In this document: piece after piece, positions 10,082 to 20,368 of the stretch
Layout of the letters: every line of letters starts with the position of its first letter
Position numbering within the stretch: position 1 is the first letter of the stretch
From: Proteobacteria bacterium UBA6522
Lineage (GTDB): Bacteria > Pseudomonadota > Gammaproteobacteria > Steroidobacterales > Rariloculaceae
DNA: 60,865 nt
Direction of reading: 5' to 3'
NCBI GenBank assembly: GCA_002434915.1
Contig: DJLG01000177.1
Location: 5,001 to 65,865, forward strand
Program-made: the position numbers and the translations under genes
The notes under the pieces: model-generated
What the model saw: only the letters and a program-made list of their open reading frames with translations
What the model was told of the DNA's origin: nothing
The model's database searches: none

Positions 10082-11050
10082 TTAGACAACCCTTCTAAGT
10101 TTTCCGCCAGCCAGATAGTCCGCAATATTTTCTGCCATTTGGTCCAATGCGCGTTGTCGTGACTCTTTTGATGACCATGCAATATGTGGCGTCATTATTA
10201 AATTTTGAATATCAGATCTTAGTAGGGGTTCATCATCCTCAGGAGGCTCTTTAGATAGAACATCTATGCCAGCACCTCCTATGAACCCAGAATCCAAAGC
10301 GCTTACTAATGCCTGGCTATCGATTAATCCACCACGGGCTGTATTTATTAATAGAGCATCCGATTTCATCATATTGAGCTCTTCTACTCCGATGAGATGA
10401 CGAGTTGTCGGAGTAAGTGGACAGTGTAGACTAATAATATCAGCGTCCTTTAGCACTCTGTGCAAGGTTGTCCTTCCTTCTCGAAGACCATCTTCATGAA
10501 TCTTTATTCGGTCTGCAACAAGCACTTCCATGCCAAAGCATTTTGCTGCCTCTGCAACGGCAGAACCTAAATTACCATAGCCTATGATTCCAATCGTCTT
10601 ACCCGTCAATTCCCGGATTGGGTATTCAGCAAGAGCTCGCGTCTCAGTATCCTCCCAAGCTTTACCCGAAGATGGTGTCGGACATCCTCTTATATGCCTT
10701 GTTAGCCCAAGGATAAGTGACATGACATGCTGAACAACGCTTGCCGTACAGTAGCCTCGAATATTTGAAACGGCTATTCCTCTCTCCCTAGCAGCTTCCA
10801 AATCTATATTATCTGTACCAGTAGCTGCTAGTACGATTAATTCTAAGTCCTTACAAGCCATTATGGTTTCTTTGTCTAAAACCAATTTATTTAACATAGC
10901 AATCTGCTTACCATACAGTCGCTGTAACAATTCATCCTTATTTGAATGGCCGTGATAGTTGATCTGTAATAACTTGTCTAAAAGGGTTGTATCCACACCA
11001 GAGCCGAGAGAGGAAAAATCAAGAAATGCGGCTTTCATCTGACTGGACAT
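10082..11050 (-). CDS. D-isomer-specific 2-hydroxyacid dehydrogenase (glycerate dehydrogenase-like)
   Basis: 322 aa with NAD loop GIIGYGNLGSAVA and catalytic region ARGGLID...TPHIAW. Confidence 0.85.
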   Translation of the reverse strand: MSSQMKAAFLDFSSLGSGVDTTLLDKLLQINYHGHSNKDELLQRLYGKQIAMLNKLVLDKETIMACKDLELIVLAATGTDNIDLEAARERGIAVSNIRGYCTASVVQHVMSLILGLTRHIRGCPTPSSGKAWEDTETRALAEYPIRELTGKTIGIIGYGNLGSAVAEAAKCFGMEVLVADRIKIHEDGLREGRTTLHRVLKDADIISLHCPLTPTTRHLIGVEELNMMKSDALLINTARGGLIDSQALVSALDSGFIGGAGIDVLSKEPPEDDEPLLRSDIQNLIMTPHIAWSSKESRQRALDQMAENIADYLAGGKLRRVV

Positions 11051-11111
11051 GACTGAGAAGCTTACACTATTAATTTATGACTAAATCGCCTTTATAAGGA
11101 ATAACAACTAA

Positions 11112-11573
11112 ATGAATAAACCCTTTTGGGAGTCAAAGTCCCTGGCCCAAATGAATGCTTCTGAATGGGAATCGCTCTGCGATGGCTGTGGGCGTTGCTG
11201 TCTTCATAAGCTTGAGGATGAGGAGACGAATGAGGTTCACTACACCGATGTTGCCTGCCGGTTACTACATATAAAGGATTGTCGATGCACGCACTATGAA
11301 TCCCGGCTCGAATTTGTTCCAGACTGCATAGTACTAACACCTGACAATCTTGAATCCCTAGCTTGGATGCCAACGACATGCGCTTATCGACGTATCTCAG
11401 AAGGTCGAGGTCTTGCAAAATGGCATCCCCTTATTTCGGGAGACCCAAAAAGCGTGCATCAGGCTGGCATATCTATAAGCGGTCGCTGTATCTCCGAGTC
11501 CAGTGTAAAAGAAGATGAAATACAAGAACGAACTATTAGTTGGCTTCGCCCACCCAAGGAAAAATCCAAATAA
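11112..11573 (+). CDS. ycgN: UPF0260 (YcgN) family Cys-rich protein
   Basis: 153 aa. [34 protein letters not shown] matches the YcgN family signature. Confidence 0.8.
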   Translation: MNKPFWESKSLAQMNASEWESLCDGCGRCCLHKLEDEETNEVHYTDVACRLLHIKDCRCTHYESRLEFVPDCIVLTPDNLESLAWMPTTCAYRRISEGRGLAKWHPLISGDPKSVHQAGISISGRCISESSVKEDEIQERTISWLRPPKEKSK

Positions 11574-11584
11574 TTGCTATCTAA

Positions 11585-14326
11585 CTAGCCGGTATTTTGC
11601 ATTCCATGAGCAATACCATTAATACTGGCCATCAATGCCTGCAATACAGAGTCGTCTTTGCTCTCACCATCTCTCCAACGCTTAAGAAGGTCTACCTGTA
11701 TGAGGCTCATAGGGTCAACATATGGATTACGAAGCCTTATCGCTCTTCGTAATGTGTCATCTTTTTCTAGAATCTCTGACTGACTTGTTATTTTAAGAAT
11801 TAAATCAACACAAAGATCATGCTCTGCACGTATCAGCGGAAAAAATTCATTATGCAAAGGCCCTGCAAGTTTTGAATATCTTTCAGCTATTGCGATATCA
11901 ACCTTACCTAATACAACCTCTGCATCTAAAATAAGAACTTTGAAGAATGGCCATTCTACTAGCATCTGCTTAAGCTCATCTGCGCCAAATTTCTCGCAAG
12001 CATGGTGGAGTCCTGTCCCAAGACCAAACCAACCGGGCAAAATCAATCTGTTCTGCGTCCATGCAAACGCCCAAGGAATTGCGCGTAACTCAGAAAGCCG
12101 CTCATCATCCATTCTCAAACCAGGACGAGATCCGATCCCCAATTTTTCTATTACATCAATCGGTGTAGCTCTTCGGAAATAATCTGGGAACTTCTCCTGA
12201 TCATAGATCATATTCTTATATGCTTGGCGACTTACCTCCGAAATTTCGCCCATAATTTCGCGCCAATTTTCAGTGGCTTGGTAAGGCTTATCATGTCGGG
12301 CAGTAACAAATAGGACTGATGCTACTGTCTGTTCAAGAGATCGCATAGCGATTGTTTTGAGGCCATATTTTGCATTAATAACATCGCCTTGTTCCGTCAT
12401 ACGAAGACGGCCCATGATAGCGCCAGGTGGCGACGCGAGAATTGCCTCATGTAAATGCCCACCTCCCCGACTCACAGTTCCCCCACGACCATGGAATAAG
12501 GTCAAACGAACATTAAATTTGTTAGTAATGTCTGCTAATGATTTTTGTGCGTTATGCAATGTCCAGCGCGCAGCAGCAGGTCCATCGTCCTTATTACTAT
12601 CTGAATGCCCGATCATGACCATCTGATGATTACCCCTATGCTCAAGATGTGATCGGTAAATCTCATCAGAAAGCAAGCTCTCCATAATTACTGAAGAATT
12701 TTCGAGATCTTCGATTGTTTCAAACAATGGCACAACATCTAGAGGTACTGGCGCACCCTTTGGTCCCAAATCACCCCATTTCGCTAAAAGTAATACAGAT
12801 AAAATATCATCTGGACCATGGGCCATGCTGACAATATAGGGTCCTATAGAGTTGATACCGTATTTTCGCCTACAGTGCGAGATCGCCTTAAATACTGAAA
12901 GTGTTTTTCGCGCTCCTGAAGAGAGAGAGCCTATGGCTGACTCTCTTCTCTCGAGCGCCTCTTTTAAACGTTCGGTGCGTACTTCAACACTACTTTCATG
13001 CCAACCGCGCTCCTTCAAACCCTCGCTTATAACACCACGATGTACAACGGCGTTCTGCCGAAGATCCAAGGTTGCAATATGAAACCCAAATGTCTCCGCA
13101 CGACGACGAAGTCTTTTTACTGAAAATAAGCCCGCATTACGCCCCTTATTCGCTCGCAAGCTATCTTCAATAAGCACGATATCTTGAATAAACTCATCTG
13201 GTGACTCATAGGGAAAAGCACTATCGTCATAAGTGGCTTGCAGTCGTGCCGCCGCGAGCCTAAAAAAAACTCGGTAAGGCATCTCCCGGTGTCTTTCAGG
13301 TATAGAGCTCGATGCCTCTGGAAAATGACTAGCATAGACTTCAATTTGACTATGCAATGCGTCATTAATGTTTATTCGACCCTTACTTTGACTCAGCTTT
13401 TGTGAAAGGGCTATACATTCGTTGTAATAAAGGTTTAAAACCAAAGCTCTTTGACGCGTAAGTGTCTCGCGAATATTCTTTGCCGTGACATTTGGATTAC
13501 CGTCCATATCGCCGCCAACCCATGACCCAAACTTGATTAAGTTAGAGGAAGGAATCCTTATGCTTTGATCAGGAAAAACCGATTTCACAGCATCTTCAAG
13601 GCCTTCATAGAAGACTGGGATAATTCGGCATAAGACGTCAGTCAAAAAGAATAGAGCATGTTCAGCTTCATCGGCAACACGCATATATGCCTGTGGATGC
13701 TCTTCAGTTTGCCAGCCGGATGTCATTTCATGAAGTATTCGACCTAACACTTCTTGCTCTTCCTGAGGTGTTAGATAGGGATCGAGCATTGCAACTAAAT
13801 GGCGAGCAATATTCTGCTGTTTACGAAGCAGGGTCCGGCGGCTGGCCTCGGTAGGGTGGGCAGTAAAAACTGGCTCAACAGATATCTGTGCTAGAGCATC
13901 TTCTATATCTGGAGCTTCAAGACCAGACTCTTTCAACTGCTTCAATATATCTAAAAAACCAAGAGGCTGATGCTTTATAGAATCTCTCAGATAAGCTCGT
14001 CGCCTTCTAATGCGATGAACCTTCTCGGCCATGTTGACCATTTGAAAATAAGTCGAAAATGCACGTATAAAATCCCTTGCTGTACCAGGCTCTAATGCTG
14101 AAAGTAAGGCTTGCAACTTTTCAAGTTCGTCAACACTGCCTTCTCTGTGAGCTATAGAAATTCTGCGTGCTTCCTCCACCAAGTCAAAAAGAGCCTCCCC
14201 TCCCTGCTCTTTTACTAACTCTCCAACCAACTCTCCAAGTCGACGGACATCGGCCTTCAGGGCCTGATCTTTTTCAGCAAAGAAGATTTCCTCGCGGCGA
14301 ACTTTTTTTAATTTGGAAGATGACAT
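11585..14326 (-). CDS. ppc: Phosphoenolpyruvate carboxylase
   Basis: 913 aa with VFTAHPTE, FHGRGGTVSRGGG and the C-terminal ...MQNTG typical of PEPC. Confidence 0.95.
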   Translation of the reverse strand: MSSSKLKKVRREEIFFAEKDQALKADVRRLGELVGELVKEQGGEALFDLVEEARRISIAHREGSVDELEKLQALLSALEPGTARDFIRAFSTYFQMVNMAEKVHRIRRRRAYLRDSIKHQPLGFLDILKQLKESGLEAPDIEDALAQISVEPVFTAHPTEASRRTLLRKQQNIARHLVAMLDPYLTPQEEQEVLGRILHEMTSGWQTEEHPQAYMRVADEAEHALFFLTDVLCRIIPVFYEGLEDAVKSVFPDQSIRIPSSNLIKFGSWVGGDMDGNPNVTAKNIRETLTRQRALVLNLYYNECIALSQKLSQSKGRININDALHSQIEVYASHFPEASSSIPERHREMPYRVFFRLAAARLQATYDDSAFPYESPDEFIQDIVLIEDSLRANKGRNAGLFSVKRLRRRAETFGFHIATLDLRQNAVVHRGVISEGLKERGWHESSVEVRTERLKEALERRESAIGSLSSGARKTLSVFKAISHCRRKYGINSIGPYIVSMAHGPDDILSVLLLAKWGDLGPKGAPVPLDVVPLFETIEDLENSSVIMESLLSDEIYRSHLEHRGNHQMVMIGHSDSNKDDGPAAARWTLHNAQKSLADITNKFNVRLTLFHGRGGTVSRGGGHLHEAILASPPGAIMGRLRMTEQGDVINAKYGLKTIAMRSLEQTVASVLFVTARHDKPYQATENWREIMGEISEVSRQAYKNMIYDQEKFPDYFRRATPIDVIEKLGIGSRPGLRMDDERLSELRAIPWAFAWTQNRLILPGWFGLGTGLHHACEKFGADELKQMLVEWPFFKVLILDAEVVLGKVDIAIAERYSKLAGPLHNEFFPLIRAEHDLCVDLILKITSQSEILEKDDTLRRAIRLRNPYVDPMSLIQVDLLKRWRDGESKDDSVLQALMASINGIAHGMQNTG

Positions 14327-14365
14327 TAGAAGACTTACCGTCGGAAGAAATAGTACCTTACTACA

Positions 14366-16201
14366 CTACCTGTAACCACGCGCCTGAAGCTCAAAAAGAC
14401 GTGCATATTGACCTCCCATTGCAAGCAGTTCTCCATGGCTCCCTCTCTCAATGATTTCGCCTTGATCCATAACCATTATCAGCTCTGCCCTACGAACAGT
14501 TGAAAATCTATGGGAAATAAGAATTGCTATCTTATCAGCTGTTAGGGACTGAAAATCGTCAAATATCTCAGACTCTGTCTGAGAATCCATTGAGGCTGTG
14601 GGCTCATCAAGAACAAGTATATCGGCGCCGGTTCTCATAAAGGCTCGTGATAAGGCGACACGCTGCCACTCACCACCAGATAACTCTTGTCCTTTATTAA
14701 ACCAACGGCCTAATGGGGTTTGATAACCTTCCGGTAATTTATCAATAAATTTTGCTGCTTTTCCTTTGGTAGCGGCATCAATCCACCTCTCATCTTCCCA
14801 AAGATGACCAACGTCACCTACACCTATGTTTTCACCTACGGGTAACTGATAACGATTAAAGTCCTGAAAAATAACCCCTATCGATTTTCTTAACTCGGCA
14901 AGATTCCATTGCGACAGTTCCATACCTTGATAGTAAATGGAGCCACTATCCGGCGGATAAAGCCCTGCCATAAGCTTAATTAAAGTAGTCTTCCCAGATC
15001 CATTTAACCCAACAATTGCCACGCTTTGACCAGGCCTTATAGAAAAACTGACATTGCGAACCGCAGAATGCGATCCACCAGGGTAGGTGAAACTCACGTT
15101 ATCAAAAGTCAAACCAGCAGAAGGATCAGGTCCTGTCGTACTTATTCCATGGCCTTGCGGTGTTTCTTCCTCAAGGTATTCATAAAGATTAGATAAATAC
15201 AGATTGTCCTCATACATACCACCAATTGATGTCAACATAGAAGAAACAGATGACTGCCCTTGTTTAAAAACAAGAAGATACATTGTCATCTCGCCGAGAC
15301 TTATTGAACCTTGAATCGTCGATACGGCAATCCATGCATAGGTGCTATAAAAAGCAACATTACCAAAAAGACTAAGTGCAAAACCCCACCCATCTCGCCG
15401 GATAGCAAGCTTACGATCCTCTTCATATAAAACTCCAAAAATGTTCCTATATCTGCTCATGAGTTCTCGGCCGAGCGAGAATAGTTTCACTTCCTTTGCA
15501 TGATCCTCACGAGCTAGCACCATCTCCAAATACAACAACATTCTTCTCTCAGGAGACCGGCGACGAAATACTCGGAATCGCTCACCAGAAAAAGCAGTTT
15601 CTGCCGCAAAGGCTGGAATACCTGCGGCAATCAGTATCAATACTGCCCAAGGTGAGAATTGCAGTAAAAGGCCACCAAAACTTGCCAGTGATATACCATG
15701 CTGTGCAAGCCCAAAGGTTCGATTAACTAGACTAAGTGGTCGACTTGAAGCTTCCTGACGAGCTCTGTTGAGCTTGTCATAAAATTCGGAATCCTCAAAT
15801 TGAGCTAAATCAAGCGTTAAAGCCTTTTCAAGAATTAAAATATTGACTCGTTGACTAAGAAGAACGCGAAGTAGCGCCTGGCAGAAACCTATTGCACGCT
15901 GAACACCAGCTAGGCCGGCCACTAGGAGACCCTCCACAATCACCCAGGCAAAAACCAAAGAATATTCTGCTGAACCACCGTCTTGAACTGTAACTATTTC
16001 GCTAACTACACCATCCACTATCAACTTACCTACATAAGCAACGGCAGCAGGAAGGACTCCAGCGGTCACTGTGAATAGAGCGAGCGCTATTGTTAAGCCT
16101 CTATGAGTAGACCAAACGAGCTGGATAGCTCGGCGACTATAGCGAAACACGCCGAAATAACTTTCAAGCGTAACGTCTTCATTCGCGGGATATCGAAGCA
16201 T
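14366..16201 (-). CDS. ABC exporter, fused permease/ATPase
   Basis: 611 aa with an N-terminal six-helix TMD. The NBD carries GLNGSGKTT, LSGGEWQRVALSRA and LVLDEPT. Confidence 0.85.
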   Translation of the reverse strand: MLRYPANEDVTLESYFGVFRYSRRAIQLVWSTHRGLTIALALFTVTAGVLPAAVAYVGKLIVDGVVSEIVTVQDGGSAEYSLVFAWVIVEGLLVAGLAGVQRAIGFCQALLRVLLSQRVNILILEKALTLDLAQFEDSEFYDKLNRARQEASSRPLSLVNRTFGLAQHGISLASFGGLLLQFSPWAVLILIAAGIPAFAAETAFSGERFRVFRRRSPERRMLLYLEMVLAREDHAKEVKLFSLGRELMSRYRNIFGVLYEEDRKLAIRRDGWGFALSLFGNVAFYSTYAWIAVSTIQGSISLGEMTMYLLVFKQGQSSVSSMLTSIGGMYEDNLYLSNLYEYLEEETPQGHGISTTGPDPSAGLTFDNVSFTYPGGSHSAVRNVSFSIRPGQSVAIVGLNGSGKTTLIKLMAGLYPPDSGSIYYQGMELSQWNLAELRKSIGVIFQDFNRYQLPVGENIGVGDVGHLWEDERWIDAATKGKAAKFIDKLPEGYQTPLGRWFNKGQELSGGEWQRVALSRAFMRTGADILVLDEPTASMDSQTESEIFDDFQSLTADKIAILISHRFSTVRRAELIMVMDQGEIIERGSHGELLAMGGQYARLFELQARGYR

Positions 16202-16322
16202 TAATGCGTTATTTCTATGTGGTGGGACAAGTAAGACCTCAATTTTAGTCTATCTGAGTTGGCGACAGTTGAAACACCATGTTATTTAGGGGGTTATAGA
16301 GCAAATACAAAATGAGATATTA

Positions 16323-18137
16323 GTGCCCGATTTACCCAATAGCCATGGCATTTTCGTTCTTCTACTAACGGGGTTTGCTTTTTACCTATTCACAAGAGAT
16401 CGGCTACGCTTAGAAGCTTCTGGGCTTATTATTCTAGTAATCCTCGTTCTGACTTTTGAGTTATTTCCCTACTCAGCTAATGGCGATACCTTATCTCCGA
16501 TCGAATTCCTCTCTGGGTTTGGACATGAAGCACTTATCACAATATGCGCTTTAATGATCCTAGGCAAAGGACTTGAAACTACTGGGACACTTCAGCCTCT
16601 CGCCACGCTCTTAGCTAAAACATGGATGGCACGACCAAGACTATCCAGTCTTGCTACGTTGATCATAAGCGCACTCCTTAGCGCATTCCTTAACAACACG
16701 CCAATCGTTGTGATGTTGCTTCCTGTGCTAGTTGGAGTCGCAGTAAAAAATAACATAGCGCCATCTTCTATACTCATGCCAGTCGGACTAGCCACCATTG
16801 TGGGCGGGATGGCTACCACCATCGGAACATCTACTAACCTTTTAATTGTATCAATAGCAACATCTCAGGGCATGGCGCCGTTGCAAATGTTTGATTTTGC
16901 TTTCCCAGTGCTAATAGTTGGTAGCCTAGGAATATTATACCTGTGGCTAATAGCACCCCGCCTTCTACCGAAACGCAAACCTCCATTATCAGACACGGCA
17001 CCACGAGTTTTTAATGCAAGCTTGCACATTAATGCAGATAGTAAGGCGTGTGGGGCTCCCTTCGCTGAATGCTTAGCTCTAACTAATAACGAAATGAAAG
17101 TAGACCGTATTGATAGAGGGGAAGACCTCTCGGTTACAAAACTGCCTTCTGTAACCATACTTGAAGGCGATCGCTTAGCAGTAAGGGATACACCAGAACG
17201 TCTAAAAAGTTTTGAACAGAAACTGGGCGCAACGTTGCATAACGAGGCAAATAAAAGCCTAAGCGACCAAGAACCACAAAATCTTGCAGAAATAGTGATC
17301 ACAAGAAATTCTATGCTCTACAGAGCTAGTCTTCTCGGCACCCAATTTGCGCAACGAACCAACCTTTTGCCTCTAGCACTCCACAGAGTCCATAACGCAG
17401 GACTAGGAGAAATCTCTCATGAGATTGGAGCAACCTCACTAAGAGCAGGTGATGTAGTGCTAGTTCAGGGGACCGGCTCTGAGTTAAGAAAATTAAAAAC
17501 CCTTGGCACTGAACTTGTACTCGACGGAACAATGAAGCTTCCCTACACACATCGTGCACCAAGAGCAGCAGTTATTATGATGCTCGTGATTCTAACAGCG
17601 GCACTAGGGATCATGCCTATACCAATTGCGGCTCTGACCGGCGTTGGACTGATGCTGGCAACGCGCTGCCTTAGATGGGGAGATGTGTCTGGTGCTTTAT
17701 CGACTCCGATCATTATGATGGTAGTTGCGAGTTTGGCCCTTGGATCAGCTATGACAGAGACTGGTGGGGCACTATATTTTGCTCAAGTTCTTGTGTCCGC
17801 AGTCGAACATCTGCCAATACCCATAATTCTAAGCATACTAATTCTGGTCATGGCAATTCTTACTAATATGGTTTCAAATAATGCAACCGGAGTTATAGGC
17901 GCACCAGTCGCTATTCAAATTGCTGAACAGCTTGGAACCTCACCAGAACCTTTTATTCTTGCGGTTATTTTTGGGGCTAATATGAGTTTTGCAACTGCTT
18001 TTGGCTACAAGACAAATTTATTATTGCTATCTGCCGGAGGGTATAAAGCCACTGATTTTTTAAGAGCAGGTATTCCTCTGATACTGATAATGTGGGTAGG
18101 TTTTTCCATAATCCTGCCCTTTCTATACGACCTTTAA
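16323..18137 (+). CDS. SLC13/DASS-family anion permease with central TrkA-C-like domains
   Basis: 604 aa, GTG start. Hydrophobic N- and C-terminal halves flank a soluble region of about 200 aa, the typical architecture of this family. Confidence 0.82.
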   Translation: MPDLPNSHGIFVLLLTGFAFYLFTRDRLRLEASGLIILVILVLTFELFPYSANGDTLSPIEFLSGFGHEALITICALMILGKGLETTGTLQPLATLLAKTWMARPRLSSLATLIISALLSAFLNNTPIVVMLLPVLVGVAVKNNIAPSSILMPVGLATIVGGMATTIGTSTNLLIVSIATSQGMAPLQMFDFAFPVLIVGSLGILYLWLIAPRLLPKRKPPLSDTAPRVFNASLHINADSKACGAPFAECLALTNNEMKVDRIDRGEDLSVTKLPSVTILEGDRLAVRDTPERLKSFEQKLGATLHNEANKSLSDQEPQNLAEIVITRNSMLYRASLLGTQFAQRTNLLPLALHRVHNAGLGEISHEIGATSLRAGDVVLVQGTGSELRKLKTLGTELVLDGTMKLPYTHRAPRAAVIMMLVILTAALGIMPIPIAALTGVGLMLATRCLRWGDVSGALSTPIIMMVVASLALGSAMTETGGALYFAQVLVSAVEHLPIPIILSILILVMAILTNMVSNNATGVIGAPVAIQIAEQLGTSPEPFILAVIFGANMSFATAFGYKTNLLLLSAGGYKATDFLRAGIPLILIMWVGFSIILPFLYDL

Positions 18138-18197
18138 GCCTTAATACTGGTTTTTCGGTCTTGACCCTCAAGAGCCCCTAGGGACATACTTCCCATT

Positions 18198-18348
18198 ATG
18201 AATTATCGTGTGAACACCCATTCCTTCGTAAGGCACTGTTGGCTAAGCTTATCAGCCGAGAGGGTACGGCACGCGTAATCTGACCAAAAGAGTCTAATTC
18301 GAACATGCAAACCCATCTCCGCACCTACGGATATGGGTTTTTTGTTTT
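18198..18348 (+). promoter_or_regulatory. Candidate trp operon leader: 26-codon leader ORF, alternative pairing segments and terminator
   Basis: ORF 18198..18278 reads MNYRVNTHSFVRHCWLSLSAERVRHA*, with one Trp codon at 18240..18242. Segments 18213..18223 (ACACCCATTCC) and 18310..18321 (AACCCATCTCCG) are near-duplicates, and both are complementary to 18256..18265 (CCGAGAGGGT). The second segment is the 5' arm of the terminator. Confidence 0.35.
18309..18348 (+). terminator. Rho-independent terminator-like hairpin immediately upstream of trpE
   Basis: Stem 18309..18321 pairs with 18328..18340 (12 of 13 bp), with loop CACCTA. A T-run TTTTTTGTTTT follows. Confidence 0.6.
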
Positions 18349-18369
18349 GTGGCGGCTGGAGAAAAAATT

Positions 18370-19773
18370 GTGCGGGCACCATTTGATATCGTAGCAGACC
18401 TAGATACACCAGTATCAGCATATATAAAGCTGCGAAAGTTTAATCCACGCTTTCTGCTTGAAAGTGTGGAGGGTGGAGAACGGTTGGCACGATACTCATT
18501 TTTAGGGTTCGGCATTGGACCAACCCTAGAGCTTTATTCGAACCGCCTGGTTCTCAATGGAGAAACTCAAAAACGTCCAAAAAATCGTGTTGAATGGCTA
18601 AAAGTCCTGCGTGAAACACTTGCCGCCAGTCCAGATCTTTACCCCAAAATTGAGGGCCTACCATTTTCTGGAGGACTGGTTGGAGCATACGGGTATGACG
18701 TTGTTCGCTATTTTGAAAGAGTACCCGCCACTCAAACAGAACTAAAAGGGTTACCACAGGCATCATTATTAGCGCCCGAATCATTACTCGTTTTTGATCA
18801 CCTAACTCGACGTGTTGCCTTACTGCACTCTGGGACCGAACACGAGCGAAAAGAACTACGTAAAAAAATAGTTGATGCTTTGCGCGAAAACATTAATGAA
18901 GCCTCAGTCATGCCACCTCTGAAAAAAAAGGCAAGTTTTTCAGAAGCAAAAGCTAGTCTGGACAAACAAGAATTCATTTCAAAGGTTAAACGTTGCAAAA
19001 CTCATATTACAGCGGGAGACATATTACAAATTGTCTTATCAGTACGATTTTCAGGAAAAACAGACTTACAACCATTTCAATGCTATCGGGCAATGAGACT
19101 GCTAAATCCATCACCCTATATGTTTTTCTTTGAGCTTGGTGACCTTAAGATTTCTGGCTCATCTCCTGAGGCATTAGTCCGGTTAGAAAACCGTGAAGCG
19201 TCACTAAGGCCAATTGCTGGAACACGACCAAGAGGAGAAACCACAAAACTAGATGAGGCATTAGAGGTCGAACTACTCGCAGATCCAAAAGAGAATGCGG
19301 AACACGTTATGCTCGTTGATTTGGCTAGAAACGACCTTGGTAGAGTTGCGCAATCTGGAACTGTCAAAGTAGATCCCTATCTAAAAATCGAGAGATATAG
19401 TCATGTCATGCATATTGTTAGTGGAGTACGCGGGACCCTGGAAGAACAACATGATGCTTTAGACCTTTTCGCTGCTGCCTTTCCTGCAGGAACTCTAGTA
19501 GGCGCTCCAAAAGTTCGAGCTATGGAATTGATTGCCGAGATGGAACCAATTAGCCGGGGCCTATATGGAGGCACAATGGGCTATATAGCTAAGAACGGTA
19601 ATATGGACCAAGCTATAACTATAAGAACGATGGTGTTCAATAGAAATGAATATAGCTTTCAGGCGGGCGCAGGAATAGTTGCTGATAGTAACCCTGAACA
19701 CGAATATCAAGAGGTGCTTGCCAAGAGCGCTATCCTAAGACGCGCACTCGAGATCGCGAAGGATGGCATATGA
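18370..19773 (+). CDS. trpE: Anthranilate synthase component I
   Basis: Motifs GTRPRG, LLADPKENAEHVMLVDLARND and GAGIVADS are present. The ORF opens at GTG 18349, but that codon abuts the terminator T-run. The in-frame GTG at 18370 has a GGAG (18358..18361) 8 nt upstream, so I prefer it. Confidence 0.9.
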   Translation: MRAPFDIVADLDTPVSAYIKLRKFNPRFLLESVEGGERLARYSFLGFGIGPTLELYSNRLVLNGETQKRPKNRVEWLKVLRETLAASPDLYPKIEGLPFSGGLVGAYGYDVVRYFERVPATQTELKGLPQASLLAPESLLVFDHLTRRVALLHSGTEHERKELRKKIVDALRENINEASVMPPLKKKASFSEAKASLDKQEFISKVKRCKTHITAGDILQIVLSVRFSGKTDLQPFQCYRAMRLLNPSPYMFFFELGDLKISGSSPEALVRLENREASLRPIAGTRPRGETTKLDEALEVELLADPKENAEHVMLVDLARNDLGRVAQSGTVKVDPYLKIERYSHVMHIVSGVRGTLEEQHDALDLFAAAFPAGTLVGAPKVRAMELIAEMEPISRGLYGGTMGYIAKNGNMDQAITIRTMVFNRNEYSFQAGAGIVADSNPEHEYQEVLAKSAILRRALEIAKDGI

Positions 19774-20354
19774 ACGTGCGACTCCTCTTAATTGATAACT
19801 ATGACTCCTTCACCTATAACCTTGTACAGGCTTTTTTAATGCTAGATGCAAGTGTGATTGTCCATCGTAATGATGCCATCGATGTGGCATCTGCGGCTCG
19901 CATCTCTCCGACTCATTTGGTTATTTCTCCAGGCCCTGGTCGTCCATCTGATGCAGGAGTATCACTTGAAATGATTGAGTATTTTTCTGATAAAACTCCG
20001 GTGCTTGGCGTTTGCTTAGGGCACCAATGCATTGTTGAGCATTTCGGCGGTTCGATAGTTGCGGCGCAAAACTTAATGCATGGAAAAACATCCCAGATTG
20101 AGCATGATGGCAAAGCAATCTATAGATCTCTCCCTAATCCCTTTGAGGTCGGGCGTTATCACTCTCTTGCCGCAAAGCGAGATGAAGTTCCACAAAACTT
20201 AACTGTAACGGCACAAACAAAAGAGGGAGAGATTATGGGAGTGCGCCACAAAACGTTACCCATTGAAGGTGTGCAGTTTCACCCCGAGAGTGTGCTGACA
20301 CCTAATGGCCCAAAAGTACTTGAAAACTTTCTCTACCCTGAACGGAACGTCTAA
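19770..20354 (+). CDS. trpG: Anthranilate synthase component II (glutamine amidotransferase)
   Basis: 194 aa with catalytic GVCLGHQ and GVQFHPES. An ATGA overlap joins it to trpE. Confidence 0.93.
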   Translation: MNVRLLLIDNYDSFTYNLVQAFLMLDASVIVHRNDAIDVASAARISPTHLVISPGPGRPSDAGVSLEMIEYFSDKTPVLGVCLGHQCIVEHFGGSIVAAQNLMHGKTSQIEHDGKAIYRSLPNPFEVGRYHSLAAKRDEVPQNLTVTAQTKEGEIMGVRHKTLPIEGVQFHPESVLTPNGPKVLENFLYPERNV

Positions 20355-20368
20355 TTAGCATCTGGAGG

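Noticed and set aside
11092-11418. 108-aa minus-strand ORF
   Set aside because: It is antisense to the ycgN-family gene and has no family features.
16865-17302. 145-aa minus-strand ORF inside the SLC13 transporter gene
   Set aside because: It is antisense to a well-supported CDS, has an Arg/Ser-rich composition, and carries no recognisable motif.
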